A program made the translations under genes and the position numbers. Of a stretch of 28,214 nucleotides of DNA, positions 8,811 through 17,946 are shown piece after piece. The first letter of the stretch is position 1. Each line of letters opens with the position of its first letter. This DNA comes from a virus (lineage: Duplodnaviria > Heunggongvirae > Uroviricota > Caudoviricetes). The stretch lies in the IMG/VR virus record IMGVR_UViG_3300006143_000348, one strand, 5' to 3'. The notes under the pieces were generated by a model, which saw only the letters and a list, made by a program, of their open reading frames with translations, did no database searches and was not told the origin of the DNA.

Positions 8811-9014
8811 CTACTCTTCCAGCTCCGGAAGCCCCGCTACCGATGTAAGCATCGACACTACGCCAGCCAGTACAGAAGCAGATAACACATACTTCCAGTC
8901 AACCGCCCCCATAGCTGCGGCCGTTCCTATTCCCGCAACCGCCGCCTGTGCTACGGTCTTCACTGCTCTAATTCCTGCTGCCTTTACCCATTTTTCAAAA
9001 TTCCTATTCTTCAT
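8811..9014 (-). CDS. Phage holin (r1t-type)
   Basis: WVKAAGIRAVKTVAQ...VDWKYVLSAS...LTSVAGLPE signature; two transmembrane segments. Confidence 0.9.
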   Translation of the reverse strand: MKNRNFEKWVKAAGIRAVKTVAQAAVAGIGTAAAMGAVDWKYVLSASVLAGVVSMLTSVAGLPELEE

Positions 9015-9321
9015 AATAGTCTCCTTTCTTGTTTGCCAGGTGTAAATCCTGGATTTCTTTGTACATTTTTGTTATCATCCCGTTGCCGCCCAACTCATGG
9101 TACGCCTCGTACATCTCCACGAAATTTTGGTAGGCATAAGATGGAATATCACCTTTCGCCATATATTTATCGTGGTATTCAATGAGCTGCACACGCAGCA
9201 GGAGCATAGTGCCCATACTATTTGCGTCTCTGTCCCGTTTCTGCCTTTTCAGAATCCATACGATATAACCCAATATGATGGGCAGAGTAATGGTGTATGT
9301 CTGTAATAAAACGGTTTCCAT
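9004..9321 (-). CDS. Lysis-module membrane protein (holin-associated)
   Basis: N-terminal TM helix and YEAYHELGGNGMITKM motif typical of Firmicutes phage pre-holin genes; overlaps the holin start. Confidence 0.75.
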   Translation of the reverse strand: METVLLQTYTITLPIILGYIVWILKRQKRDRDANSMGTMLLLRVQLIEYHDKYMAKGDIPSYAYQNFVEMYEAYHELGGNGMITKMYKEIQDLHLANKKGDYYEE

Positions 9322-9347
9322 TTTTCTTCCTCCCTGATATTTGTTGA

Positions 9348-10760
9348 TTAAGTAATTACTGCCGAACAGCTTGTACTCATGCCGTTCGAAGTGGTTCCTG
9401 TAACTGTCACATTACCGCTTTTATGCCCTAAGACGTTTACGTATACGCTACCTGTTATGTTGTCTCTTGTCCGAACGGAGCAGCCTGTTACGCTAGCTAT
9501 TGTGGTGTTACTACTTACCCAGGTGATATCGTTTACATTTTCTTCCAAGATTTCTTTAGATGTCATTTTTGAGGAGTCCAGCGTCAGTCTGGCTATAAAT
9601 GTTATTGTCTGCCCTACTAGGCCAGTAATTGGTGGCTTGGACAGCAGCTTGAACTCCACGGGCTTCGCATAAAGCACCTCTTTTGCTAACTGCTTTACCA
9701 TTGCTTCCAAACTTTCTATCCGGTCAGGTACATCCCCCAGCCCAATATTTTCTTTTGTAATATTGACATCACCATTTCTATAATCTTCTTCCGCTTCGCC
9801 TTTAACACCGGTTACTTGTGTTCCCGCTAGACAATCCCAGTAGCCGTCAGCGGTGTAGTATACGTTTGTACCGGCGGGGCATTTGTGCCCAGCCCCCTCT
9901 TTGAATGTATTGTCGGTAACAAACCAATCCGTAATGTTGTACATATATCCAGCTTGCTTCGCCACAGTAGATAACTGATAGAATGCAATTGTACCCATTG
10001 GGATTAACGCACCTTGAAGCCCTTGGGATATCCTCTTCGCCTGTTCGTAGTAATATTTCGAGTTATCGACATTTTCATTTGGCCGTGCCTCAGTCCCTCC
10101 GCGGGCAAAACTTTCTGATAGCGTCATATAGCGTTCAGCCTCTTCAACACTCTCAGAAGCTTCGTTTGCTTTCGTGGATGACAAGACTTCAGAAGCTTTT
10201 GCATTGAGGGCGGACGTATTGGCGGCATTCGCCTTAATTGATGCCTGCTGATAGTAATACTTTGCGTTGTCAGCATCCTCTCCATCTCTTGTCCCGGTGC
10301 CGCCTTCCGTGTAGCTTTGGGCTTTTATGGCGGAATCAGAGGCAGCGTTAGCGGACTCGGAAGCAGCAGAGGAGAAGTCGCGGCATTCTTCGAGGACTTT
10401 GGTAATAGATATGTAATCATATGATTCTGTATAGACGAAGTTAGAAGGTTTTGGTTTTCTACGCACATTTATTCGGAAGCGGCACAGGCATCGGCTTTCG
10501 CCGTCTTTTTCAACGTTTACATATCCAATGATGGGATAAGGCTGCGTTAATAAGAAATTGGGGATTTTTACCTTGAGACGGCCATTTTCATAAGAAGAGT
10601 CTTTGACGACAAGGGCTTCATTCAATGTCTGGTTGAAGAAATGTACGGGATAAGCTTTGTCGATGATATCTTCGATTAGGCGTATGTGTACGTCGCTATC
10701 CCATTGGACTAAATCGGACAGCGGGCTGTTCTCAGTATCATATACGGTTATTTCTTGCAT
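9348..10760 (-). CDS. BppU-like phage baseplate/tail-associated protein with Ala/Ser-rich linker and C-terminal Ig-like domain
   Basis: LSDLVQWD...VKIPNFLLTQPYPIIGYV N-terminus, repeated NAKYYYQQA/NSKYYYEQA, VTGVKGEAE..YRNGDVNIT fibre motif, WVSSNTTIASV Big_2-like end. Confidence 0.65.
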   Translation of the reverse strand: MQEITVYDTENSPLSDLVQWDSDVHIRLIEDIIDKAYPVHFFNQTLNEALVVKDSSYENGRLKVKIPNFLLTQPYPIIGYVNVEKDGESRCLCRFRINVRRKPKPSNFVYTESYDYISITKVLEECRDFSSAASESANAASDSAIKAQSYTEGGTGTRDGEDADNAKYYYQQASIKANAANTSALNAKASEVLSSTKANEASESVEEAERYMTLSESFARGGTEARPNENVDNSKYYYEQAKRISQGLQGALIPMGTIAFYQLSTVAKQAGYMYNITDWFVTDNTFKEGAGHKCPAGTNVYYTADGYWDCLAGTQVTGVKGEAEEDYRNGDVNITKENIGLGDVPDRIESLEAMVKQLAKEVLYAKPVEFKLLSKPPITGLVGQTITFIARLTLDSSKMTSKEILEENVNDITWVSSNTTIASVTGCSVRTRDNITGSVYVNVLGHKSGNVTVTGTTSNGMSTSCSAVIT

Positions 10761-10785
10761 TTATTATTATCCTTTCTTTGGCATT

Positions 10786-10813
10786 AAAAAGGAGCTGGCG
10801 GATATGCCAGCTC
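10786..10813 (-). terminator. Terminator after the Rpn gene, just upstream of the BppU-like gene
   Basis: gagctggc-ggatat-gccagctc perfect stem with a U-tract on the minus strand. Confidence 0.75.
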
Positions 10814-10921
10814 TTATGGTTTTAGGGCTTCAAAATAGTGAGATTTATGGTATACTGTGTCTATCTGTAGTAGTATAGGTAGAAAAGGAATTATTGTTCC
10901 GATGGAAATAACTCGTTCGAT

Positions 10922-11149
10922 TTATCGGTTCATGACCTGCTGAATTACGGCTCCTTTATAATCATTTGGTACATTTGCCAGAATTAATGCTTTTTCCAAT
11001 GAGAATCCTTCGGATAAAAGGTTACCTATAAAAACTACAGCATTATTGATAGTTGTTTCCTTGGCAACTTCCTTGGCAACTTCCTTGGCAACTTCCTTGG
11101 CAACTTCTTTAGCTGTTTCTTCTCTCATTTCCTCTAATATTCTACACAT
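10922..11149 (-). CDS. Predicted internal RpnS-like small protein (75 aa) nested in frame
   Basis: SD AAGGAG 8 nt upstream of the internal ATG (MCRILEEMREE...). Confidence 0.6.
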   Translation of the reverse strand: MCRILEEMREETAKEVAKEVAKEVAKEVAKETTINNAVVFIGNLLSEGFSLEKALILANVPNDYKGAVIQQVMNR

Positions 11150-11794
11150 AGAAGCCACTCCTTTCTCTTCTTCTTTGAAATATTTTATTCTATCCTTCAG
11201 GATAGGGCTGTTAATGTTCGCGATATTGCTACAAGAAAAGTCATGCATTAATCTGCTCAAATCGGTATCTTCATTTTTTAGTTCGCCATTCACATAGATA
11301 ATATGTGAATCGTCGTTGAAAGGCATATCAATTTCTCTGACCATTCTATCAATATGATAGATAGGTTTATTATATCCTAAAATATCTTTTTCTGTAATAA
11401 AAATCACATAAGTCTCACGCAGGTTCTGATAATCATCTCCAGGGCTTAATATATTCGCATCTAAGATGCTGCTGTTGTATCTGGCTCTTCTGGGGCAAGC
11501 TCCTTTGTCGGCTCTTTGAATTTCGATATCATATTCTTCGCCTGATATGCTTCGGGCGTATATATCCAGGCAAATGGAATGCCCATGAAGATTTTTAAAA
11601 TTATGCTGTGTTTTCACATCTTTTATAATTAAATCATTTCTGTTTAAAATAGTCTGTAGTAAAAACTGTGAGCAAGCCTTGTCTTCGAAGACTACGCTCA
11701 TGAAATCGTCATCCATGAGGCGGAGCTTCTGGATTCTCTGTAAGTCTTTTTCATGTTCTAAGTCTGATTTGCTGTTGTAATTTGTTTTAGGCAT
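10922..11794 (-). CDS. Rpn-family PD-(D/E)XK nuclease (PDDEXK_2)
   Basis: LMDDDFMSVVF, ICLDIYA, YDIEIQRAD, RARYNSSILD, TYVIFITEKD, HIIYVNG. Confidence 0.9.
   Translation of the reverse strand: MPKTNYNSKSDLEHEKDLQRIQKLRLMDDDFMSVVFEDKACSQFLLQTILNRNDLIIKDVKTQHNFKNLHGHSICLDIYARSISGEEYDIEIQRADKGACPRRARYNSSILDANILSPGDDYQNLRETYVIFITEKDILGYNKPIYHIDRMVREIDMPFNDDSHIIYVNGELKNEDTDLSRLMHDFSCSNIANINSPILKDRIKYFKEEEKGVASMCRILEEMREETAKEVAKEVAKEVAKEVAKETTINNAVVFIGNLLSEGFSLEKALILANVPNDYKGAVIQQVMNR
11059..11106. repeat. 12-bp tandem repeat x4 encoding (AKEV)n
   Basis: ccttggcaactt, four perfect copies plus degenerate flanks. Confidence 0.95.
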
Positions 11795-11862
11795 CTTATT
11801 GCTCCTGATTTTTTCATCCCAATACTGAGGGTAGAAGAGATAGTATCTTGTTGGTTTATATA

Positions 11863-11891
11863 ATTATACCATTATAGTTCTATGGATGCAA
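11863..11891 (-). promoter_or_regulatory. SigA promoter for rpn
   Basis: TTGCAT-17-TGnTATAAT. Confidence 0.7.
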
Positions 11892-11989
11892 TTGTAAAAT
11901 GAAAGCCACCTTTGGTTGGTTACTTTGGGGCTTTCATCTTACGTATGATTTAATATAGAGTTTTGTGGTGAGGGGGGTAGTGTTAGCAC

Positions 11990-12604
11990 TTATGGGGTAG
12001 TGATATAGTCACAAAGTCCTTGTATATCTTTGCACATGCTGCTTCCTGTTTCATATGTAATTTCTACAGAATTAGCTTTTGATGTATCTAACACAATAAC
12101 TTTTGTTGCATCATGCTGATAATTTATCTCATCTATGCGATTGCGATTATTATCATATTTGATGATATGATATGCCACTAATGCAATGAGAGGTGTATTT
12201 GAATAACTCTCGAAAAGATGTAACATCCCATCATATGTGATACTGTCGTATTCTACTTTAATACGCATTGGTTTCCCAGTGTTATCCATCAAGTCGTCCC
12301 AAAGGTATAGGTTACCAGTTTCCATTATATGAAGCTTATCTAATAGAGGGATTCTGCGGTTACCTGTAGCCAAAAGCCCTAAAAGGTAAGCCATGACGAC
12401 TGAACATAGAGCAATCCCGACCATATCAACCTCATAGGAAATGCTAAAAGGTATCATACGTGCAATATGCAATATGATGTATCCAACGACTAGAGATTCC
12501 ACTAGTATATGTTCAACATCGGATGAATTTTGCTTTAACGCGACAGAGTGAAAGGTTTTGCAAAATAGATACCCAATAACAATATAGGTGATTATCTCAG
12601 GCAA
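11990..12604 (-). CDS. Hypothetical membrane protein (3 N-terminal TM helices, soluble C-terminus)
   Basis: 204-aa ORF with three hydrophobic segments; start codon uncertain. Confidence 0.75.
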   Translation of the reverse strand: MPEIITYIVIGYLFCKTFHSVALKQNSSDVEHILVESLVVGYIILHIARMIPFSISYEVDMVGIALCSVVMAYLLGLLATGNRRIPLLDKLHIMETGNLYLWDDLMDNTGKPMRIKVEYDSITYDGMLHLFESYSNTPLIALVAYHIIKYDNNRNRIDEINYQHDATKVIVLDTSKANSVEITYETGSSMCKDIQGLCDYITTP

Positions 12605-12612
12605 ATATTTAA

Positions 12613-12774
12613 TTAGTGATTCGATTGAGCAGTTCCTCCTTCATTAGTATTTTCTCCGGATTTAGGTGCAGGATGCGCAGGCCTTCTGGAGAATATATGA
12701 TTTGTTTTCGGTTGATTGTGTTTTTCTTTGGCAGTCATGTCTCGTGCAGTGTTGATAATATTAGTTTTTCTCAT
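12613..12774 (-). CDS. Small hydrophilic peptide, 53 aa (not in ORF track)
   Basis: RBS AGGAGG 8 nt before ATG; MRKTNIINTARDMTAKEKHNQPK...AQSNH; directly precedes the membrane gene. Confidence 0.6.
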   Translation of the reverse strand: MRKTNIINTARDMTAKEKHNQPKTNHIFSRRPAHPAPKSGENTNEGGTAQSNH

Positions 12775-12988
12775 TGTAAATACCTCCTATTTTTTGGTAT
12801 AAACAGTATAGCATAGAAAAATAAATAATATCAATAAATACACCATATATCGTTTTGGAATGATATATGGTTAAATAGCGGACAGGTGTTTATTAATAAT
12901 GCGCTCTTTTATCTTAAGCTATTTCACTGTTATATCTTTCAACTGCCCAAGCTATGCCAGACTTTTTTGAATCAGCCCTGTATGTTTC

Positions 12989-13462
12989 TTATTTATTATG
13001 CCGGCCATTATTTTTGCCACATCTCTCAGAAGCACATATGAGTTTATATAATGGATTTTCGACCAATTGTACAAAGCCATCATTTGCTATGGAAAATGAT
13101 AAAGCAATGATTGAGATTATATCGTTAGATGTAGTGTTTCGGTGATTTATTATGTAATTGATGCCTATAATAGAGAAAAGAGTGAAAGTGCATAAGAAAA
13201 AGACTTCCAGTAGAAATTTTAATTTTTGTTTGCTTTTTGTTGACTTTCCAGAATCAGAAATCCGTATGTTTACGGCATTATAGATATCGTTAAGCATTAA
13301 TGTGATTACGAATCCAAATGCGACTATATTGACAATAGACATTATGGTAGTTAAATCGTCGGGGTTGTTATCAGATAAGTATGCCCGTCCGACAGCTACC
13401 ATAATACCAATTGTAAGTGTTAATAGAGAGTTGTGCTGTTGATTTTTTGGGAGTTGGCTCAT
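12989..13462 (-). CDS. Hypothetical ~4-TM membrane protein
   Basis: Four hydrophobic segments; last gene of a coupled 4-gene run. Confidence 0.75.
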   Translation of the reverse strand: MSQLPKNQQHNSLLTLTIGIMVAVGRAYLSDNNPDDLTTIMSIVNIVAFGFVITLMLNDIYNAVNIRISDSGKSTKSKQKLKFLLEVFFLCTFTLFSIIGINYIINHRNTTSNDIISIIALSFSIANDGFVQLVENPLYKLICASERCGKNNGRHNK

Positions 13463-13463
13463 A

Positions 13464-13931
13464 CTATTTATTTTCCATTCTGGCTATTGATGTTAATAAA
13501 ACAGACAATCCGTCAATAAATGAATCGATTAACAATCTTATTTTGTTTCTTGATAATTCTTTGAAGTCGCTTCCGCAATACATAGAATCCAAGTATAAAA
13601 TTTGATTTGATTTTTCGTTTACAGTAAAGGTTCCGCTTTTGATTAGTTCATTAACTGAATTAACAAGTTTGTAAAAAGGATTTACGTCTTCTCCTTTTTT
13701 AAAACGATATATATTTCCAGCCAAAATAGTAAGAGAATAATCTTTAATGTTGAGATACATTAGCACAGGAATTATATCTAATTTTTTCAGATTACCCGTT
13801 GCAGGGATACAAACAATGTAGTTAATATCGTCATCATTTAAATTAATAGATTTATAAGAATAGTTTAAAGAGCGCAAGATATCTTCAAAAATAGTCACTG
13901 TCTTATCAAAGTCGTCAATATGGTTAGTCAT
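13464..13931 (-). CDS. Hypothetical protein, possibly YbjN-like fold
   Basis: 155 aa; YKLVNSVNELIKSGTFTVNE pattern reminiscent of YbjN/T3SS-chaperone-like domains. Confidence 0.55.
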   Translation of the reverse strand: MTNHIDDFDKTVTIFEDILRSLNYSYKSINLNDDDINYIVCIPATGNLKKLDIIPVLMYLNIKDYSLTILAGNIYRFKKGEDVNPFYKLVNSVNELIKSGTFTVNEKSNQILYLDSMYCGSDFKELSRNKIRLLIDSFIDGLSVLLTSIARMENK

Positions 13932-14139
13932 AAAAAAAATTCCTCAATTCTTCTAAAAGTATTTTATCCTCACGGAATAGCAAAACACGTATAACTTTTT
14001 TATCTATGCTTAATCGCATATTAGTATTTTCATAAATAGCGGTTCTTTCGTTAATCAGTATATTGCTCAAATTAAACGTATGTATTAGTTGCGATTTTTT
14101 GGCTTCTGTGAGAATACGAAAAACATAAGAATTACTCAT
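13924..14139 (-). CDS. Hypothetical protein, 71 aa
   Basis: Overlaps both neighbours by 8 bp (translational coupling). Confidence 0.7.
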   Translation of the reverse strand: MSNSYVFRILTEAKKSQLIHTFNLSNILINERTAIYENTNMRLSIDKKVIRVLLFREDKILLEELRNFFYD

Positions 14140-14452
14140 TATCGTTTCCTCCAGATTCTAAATAAGTACTATATATGTCTCTTAAATCCTCAAACTCACA
14201 AATGGATTTAATCGTTAGGCTATTGGGATAGTTGTTTTTAAATTTGGTAACTATTTCTTTATCGTGAATAGGCATTCCTTTATGTTGATTTAACAATTTT
14301 AAAGTTCGATAAATATCTGCTGGATTGTTGTTTGCGCAATAAACGCTAATTACTTTTTTATCTTTTTTATCTTGCTTTGCCAACAGTTCTTCAAGACCGG
14401 CTCTTTCTGCGAGCGATGTCTGAAGCATATCTTGCAGTTCTTCCTGTGTCAT
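14132..14452 (-). CDS. Hypothetical protein, 106 aa
   Basis: RBS AAGGAAAG; first gene of the coupled run. Confidence 0.7.
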   Translation of the reverse strand: MTQEELQDMLQTSLAERAGLEELLAKQDKKDKKVISVYCANNNPADIYRTLKLLNQHKGMPIHDKEIVTKFKNNYPNSLTIKSICEFEDLRDIYSTYLESGGNDNE

Positions 14453-14745
14453 TTTAGCACTTTCCTTTAGTTCTAATTTTCATAACTCATTTAATATTTT
14501 ATTCAAAAATGATATTATCATGTATTTGTTAAAAAGGGATTCCGTTTGAGTTAATAAAAAGCTATTAAGTAGGAAGAAAATTTTAAGTATTGTGAAATAA
14601 GTGTAACGCATACTATAAAAATAATTACAAACAATAAAATAGTAATAATTTGGTTCTAAAATACATAGACTTGTATAATCATTGTTCTAATACCTGTGAA
14701 CTATCGGTTGTTTAAAGCCAGTGGAATTGTGCTATCTTCCTTTAT

Positions 14746-14785
14746 AAAAATCACGCCAAAGCAGAGTGCTTCAGCGTGATTTTTT
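14746..14785. terminator. Terminator after the CFI-box gene
   Basis: aaaaatcacgc...gcgtgattttt dyad. Confidence 0.65.
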
Positions 14786-15701
14786 ACCATCTTCTATCTT
14801 CATAAGGTGTAGACTCAATACCATTAGATTGTAAATTTTCAACCATACGGTCAAGTTTCCCTCTCCACATTTTCTTGAACCATTCCGTGTGTCCAAACCA
14901 TTTTACAAGAGTAGGGCTAATTGCGTAATAAGTTTTAATAAATGCTCTTCCATGCCATGTTTCAGCAAGGGTGTAGTCACGATAACGACGAAGCGTCCAA
15001 ACCTGAGGACAATCATAAGAACCATAGACAGCAGTAGCTACGTAACATCCATTATTGGTTGTTTGAGCTGTTGACATTTTCTTTATAAGTTCTTGAATGT
15101 AAATGTCATTATGCTTTGCGCCGAGTTGTCTGAGTTGTGTCACAAAGGCGTTTTTTGTGGCGGTGAACAAATTTATCTGCCAATTGTTTCCACCGACTGA
15201 ATAACCAGCTTTTGTATCATAAACATAATTTATTGAGGACATTTTAAGTATTGCATCACTGATTTTAGTAAGGACGGCCTCTTTATCCTCGTCCGTTACT
15301 TCATAGTAATCATTGATAACAGAAATTGAATTATTGAGTACTGTAAACTTCTGCTGCCTTTTATAGTAATCAGAATCAGTAAGAGCTAACATAGCTTTGC
15401 CATATGCGCTAAAGAATACGGCTTCTATATTATCGGGAGAATTTTGCTCGACCATATTATAATATTTTTCTACTTCTTCCCAATCTTCTTTATCAAATGC
15501 ACGACGTGCATTTAAAAGATATTTTTGTACAAAAGATGAATTATCAATTTGAACGGTACCTTGGATATCAACATTACCCTCAATCATCATTTTCTTTGCT
15601 TCTTCAACGGAATATTTCATACCACAGTTTTGGCATACAAAGACGCCATCCTGCTTCATGAGGTCAGTTCCGCCACACATTTCACAAGTTGGTTGTTTCA
15701 T
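14784..15701 (-). CDS. Zn-ribbon + helical domain + CFI-box-CTERM protein
   Basis: CEMCGG...CQNCG zinc ribbon; C-terminal GCYVATAVYGSYDCPQVWTLRRYRD...FIKTYYAISP. Start at MKQPT after RBS GGAGGGG. Confidence 0.85.
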   Translation of the reverse strand: MKQPTCEMCGGTDLMKQDGVFVCQNCGMKYSVEEAKKMMIEGNVDIQGTVQIDNSSFVQKYLLNARRAFDKEDWEEVEKYYNMVEQNSPDNIEAVFFSAYGKAMLALTDSDYYKRQQKFTVLNNSISVINDYYEVTDEDKEAVLTKISDAILKMSSINYVYDTKAGYSVGGNNWQINLFTATKNAFVTQLRQLGAKHNDIYIQELIKKMSTAQTTNNGCYVATAVYGSYDCPQVWTLRRYRDYTLAETWHGRAFIKTYYAISPTLVKWFGHTEWFKKMWRGKLDRMVENLQSNGIESTPYEDRRW

Positions 15702-15982
15702 TTTTACCCCCTCCAATTTTATTTTAATCTATATTATCTACATTATATAACAATATTCGACAATTGAGTAGATAGAACATAAGTTTATAAATTACAATAT
15801 GCAGAGGATATATTTTGACTAGATATAATGTTTAAAGATACAATATTTAATGCATCTATTTAATAATAGCAGGAAATGAAACATAATTAAAATGGCGGCG
15901 GGAATTGTTATGACATACCTGCCGCTTCTATACACTTCAAAAAGAAAGGAGTTCTTTGTATCCGAAGAACGTGTTTAGTTTA

Positions 15983-16326
15983 TCATTCTGATGCTGATAC
16001 AGATACAGCATTTGCGTTTATGACCATATCATCAGGGTTCCCAGGATATTCGTCAGATACAGGAGCAGAATCGCTTCCTGATACGCTACCCCTCTGTCTC
16101 ATCATTTCCAGTTCTAAACCTCTTTCCACAGAATACATACCAATGTCATACTGTTGTATCTGCCAACAATTGTAGATATATTCTTATCCTCTTTCGGGTT
16201 AAACAAATATTCCGCGATTATTTTGGGGAGGTTAAAAAGAGACGCCAATATAGTAACAAATGAAGAAATTACAGCAGTGGTAGTTCCTGTGACATCACCC
16301 GTCTGAGCAATTTTATCTTTAGCCAA
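15983..16326 (-). pseudogene. 5'-truncated, frameshifted paralogue of the 19571-20155 membrane protein
   Basis: LPKIIAEYLFNPKEDKNI motif; adding one base near 16160 restores QIQQYDIGMYS...VSASE to a stop at 15983-15985. Confidence 0.7.
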
Positions 16327-16339
16327 TTTTTGACTTGAC

Positions 16340-16513
16340 TACTTGACTGCTAAAGAAGATATCTTTATTGCCAGTGGTGGGAAGCGATTGCAAAGGGTGC
16401 AAGTCCCTGAGTTTCTGCTGTAGATTCCATACGAGAGATACTAAAAGACATCCTTCCGGATATTGACTTGAAATCCTTGCGGGAGGAGCGACTGGTCAGA
16501 CATGAAGAATTAG
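16340..16513 (+). pseudogene. Decayed Phd/YefM-type antitoxin remnant
   Basis: Stitched frames give YLTAKEDIFI..GK.IAK..SP*VSAVDSIREILKDILPDIDLKSLREERL, resembling clostridial Phd antitoxins; has a stop and a frameshift. Confidence 0.5.
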
Positions 16514-16646
16514 CCCCTGTAATGTGCGGGCAACATGCCTAATTCGCTTTAGGATTACTAAACTTAACGACAATTTGTTGTCGAGTTTGCTTAGCAGGGG
16601 ATAGATGTGCATTCATTGAAGCCAATCATAGTATTATATAATTGAG

Positions 16647-16675
16647 AAAGAGCAGGAGAGTAAGCCCTGCTCTTT
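16647..16675. terminator. Terminator after the cyclase-like operon
   Basis: aaagagcagg...cctgctcttt perfect 10-bp dyad. Confidence 0.7.
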
Positions 16676-16684
16676 AGATTCTGT

Positions 16685-16885
16685 CTATGCACTTTCATTA
16701 TTATTTGATGTGTCTTCAGGTTCATTTGCAGATTCGTGCTCTGTCTTTTTGAAATCCAGAGTCCATTGTCTTCCTGTTGTGTCATGTTCCTGCGTATGTA
16801 AGATAATGTCAGTAGTATTTTTATCTTCTTTTGCACTGAAGAGATATTTGGTAATTGAGATAGGTATGGCAATTATTACTGACAC
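16685..16885 (-). pseudogene. 3' remnant of a second paralogue of the 19571-20155 membrane protein
   Basis: IPISITKYLFSAKEDKNTTDIILHTQEHDT motif; in-frame stop at 16907-16909 just upstream and no well-spaced RBS. Confidence 0.6.
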
Positions 16886-16912
16886 AAGTATTTTATCGGC
16901 TCCTAATTAAAG

Positions 16913-17932
16913 CTAATTGTAGGACGTATCACCTATTAATTTTTGAACTAAATCGTGTGCAAAATAATCTTGAACGCAATTAATAAATTTCTTTTTGTTA
17001 ACTGGAGTCGAAAAGACATCAGGAATACTGTCTAATGAATTTATATATTTTTTTAGGCAAGGGAAATTAATAAAAACACTAATAATATCTCTTAATATTC
17101 GGTTGTCAACTTTTTCACTACAAAGTATCATATCTATGATTCTAAGACAGAGGGCGTCTATTCCAATCCAGTCCTTGCATTCATCGTATCTTCCTGTAGA
17201 AATATTTATTATAATATTAAATATTTCGGGCAGACCTTTAAATGTTTTATCATCTTGTTCCCAATCCCAATTGATTTGTTTTGAATCATAACTATCCATG
17301 ATAGTAAAAAACAAAGAAGTATAGTATCTTCCGTGATTAATATTTACAGAATACGCTTTAAGTGCACTTTTGATTATTAATGAGAGGATATTTTTCATTT
17401 TTTTGTCATATGACATATTCGTTACGTCATATGCAATATCGTAATATGGCTTTAGATTATATGGATAAGATGTGTAGTAGAAGCTGTTGGCTATTTTTAA
17501 GCTCGAGATTTCATTTACCTCATTAATAAGTTGGTTATTAATTTTTATGCCAATTCCTTTAAACAAGGTCTGCTCTAAATATAGGTCTATTATTGATTTG
17601 TCCGTAAATCCTACTCCAAAAACAGGAAGTTCTTGTCCCGATGATTGGAGATTAAATGAACCCAAATCGCCTCTTGAAACTACAGCATTAAAAAATAAGC
17701 CATGTGCGCATAAGGACTCCCTCAAATAAATTAAATAATCCAGAAGCCGCTCTAAGTCCCTGGAAAAAGCGTAAACGGAGTCACTAAACAAGCCTACTTC
17801 GCCAAGCCCGCTTAAAAAAATAGTTCCTTTTTCGACTTCTGAATAAAAGATGTTAATATTTTCTTCATATTCACAAGCATCGTCTTTAAAATTTTTTGTT
17901 CCTAATAAATCAAAATATGAAATATATCCCAT
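16913..17932 (-). CDS. Hypothetical protein with class III nucleotide-cyclase-like N-terminal domain
   Basis: YISYFDLLGTK...LFSDSVY...FFNAVVSRGDL...DLYLEQ pattern; RBS GAGGTG. Confidence 0.55.
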   Translation of the reverse strand: MGYISYFDLLGTKNFKDDACEYEENINIFYSEVEKGTIFLSGLGEVGLFSDSVYAFSRDLERLLDYLIYLRESLCAHGLFFNAVVSRGDLGSFNLQSSGQELPVFGVGFTDKSIIDLYLEQTLFKGIGIKINNQLINEVNEISSLKIANSFYYTSYPYNLKPYYDIAYDVTNMSYDKKMKNILSLIIKSALKAYSVNINHGRYYTSLFFTIMDSYDSKQINWDWEQDDKTFKGLPEIFNIIINISTGRYDECKDWIGIDALCLRIIDMILCSEKVDNRILRDIISVFINFPCLKKYINSLDSIPDVFSTPVNKKKFINCVQDYFAHDLVQKLIGDTSYN

Positions 17933-17946
17933 ATCAACACCTCTGT

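Noticed and set aside
10829-10940. Plus-strand promoter-like TTCAAA-16-TATACT with a 13-codon ORF antisense to the rpn end
   Set aside because: Suboptimal spacing and weak RBS in AT-rich DNA; cannot be distinguished from chance.
11059-11106. CRISPR array
   Set aside because: Spacerless 12-bp tandem repeat, in frame within a coding region.
16556-16590. aaact..cgacaa/ttgtcg..agttt dyad as an att site
   Set aside because: Arms are unequally spaced and it has no partner copy; more likely an RNA hairpin or chance.
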